Below the pieces are notes generated by a model. It ran no database searches. It was given only the letters and a program-made list of their open reading frames with translations, and was not told the DNA's origin. From Phoronis australis (taxonomy: Eukaryota; Animalia; Phoronida): a stretch of DNA of 64,000 nt. The stretch covers positions 1 to 64,000 of the forward strand of contig NMRA01000856.1 of assembly GCA_002633005.1 (NCBI GenBank), given 5' to 3'. Positions 63,895 through 64,000 of this stretch are shown here, in pieces. Numbering within the stretch: the first letter of the stretch is position 1; each line of letters starts with the position of its first letter. Both the position numbers and the translations under genes were made by a program.

Positions 63895-64000
63895 ACAACA
63901 GAAGGATAGGAGACTAACGTATGAGTAACCACTGGGGATTAAAATTTTAGAGAGAAGTTTTCAATTCAAAATTTTTTGCATAGTACACTTTAGATCTCGC

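Larger units (their letters stand above)
61493..63900 (+). mobile_element. Larger hAT-family element (left TIR CAGTGGCGGATCTA) with decayed transposase; right end not found
   Basis: TIR matches the 20056 and 9903 elements; transposase remnant at 63685-63894. That both belong to one element is inferred. Confidence 0.55.

Overview
Animal (non-prokaryotic) genomic DNA, AT-rich, probably from a marine invertebrate bilaterian such as a lophotrochozoan (inferred from gene content and transposon types, not proven). The core is a gene-poor region of about 45 kb holding two intronless, same-strand FoxG (BF-1/sloppy-paired class) genes 6.5 kb apart: a canonical copy (35026-36105) and a divergent copy (27746-28492). 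On the left, the minus strand carries a coding exon of a TJAP1/BEGAIN-family coiled-coil gene. On the right, the plus strand carries the first two coding exons of a gene I cannot name. The rest is intron/intergenic DNA with Kolobok elements (TTAA duplications; one retains THAP and KolX-like remnants), hAT-like elements with 5-bp target-site duplications (TSDs) plus a hAT transposase remnant, foldback MITEs, tRNA-derived SINEs, two LINE RNase H fragments, and micro/minisatellites. Two N-gaps and two near-identical duplications near the right end look like assembly artefacts. There is no CRISPR array, rRNA or intact tRNA. Most short ORFs in the track are spurious. All family assignments come from motif recognition by eye, with no database search.
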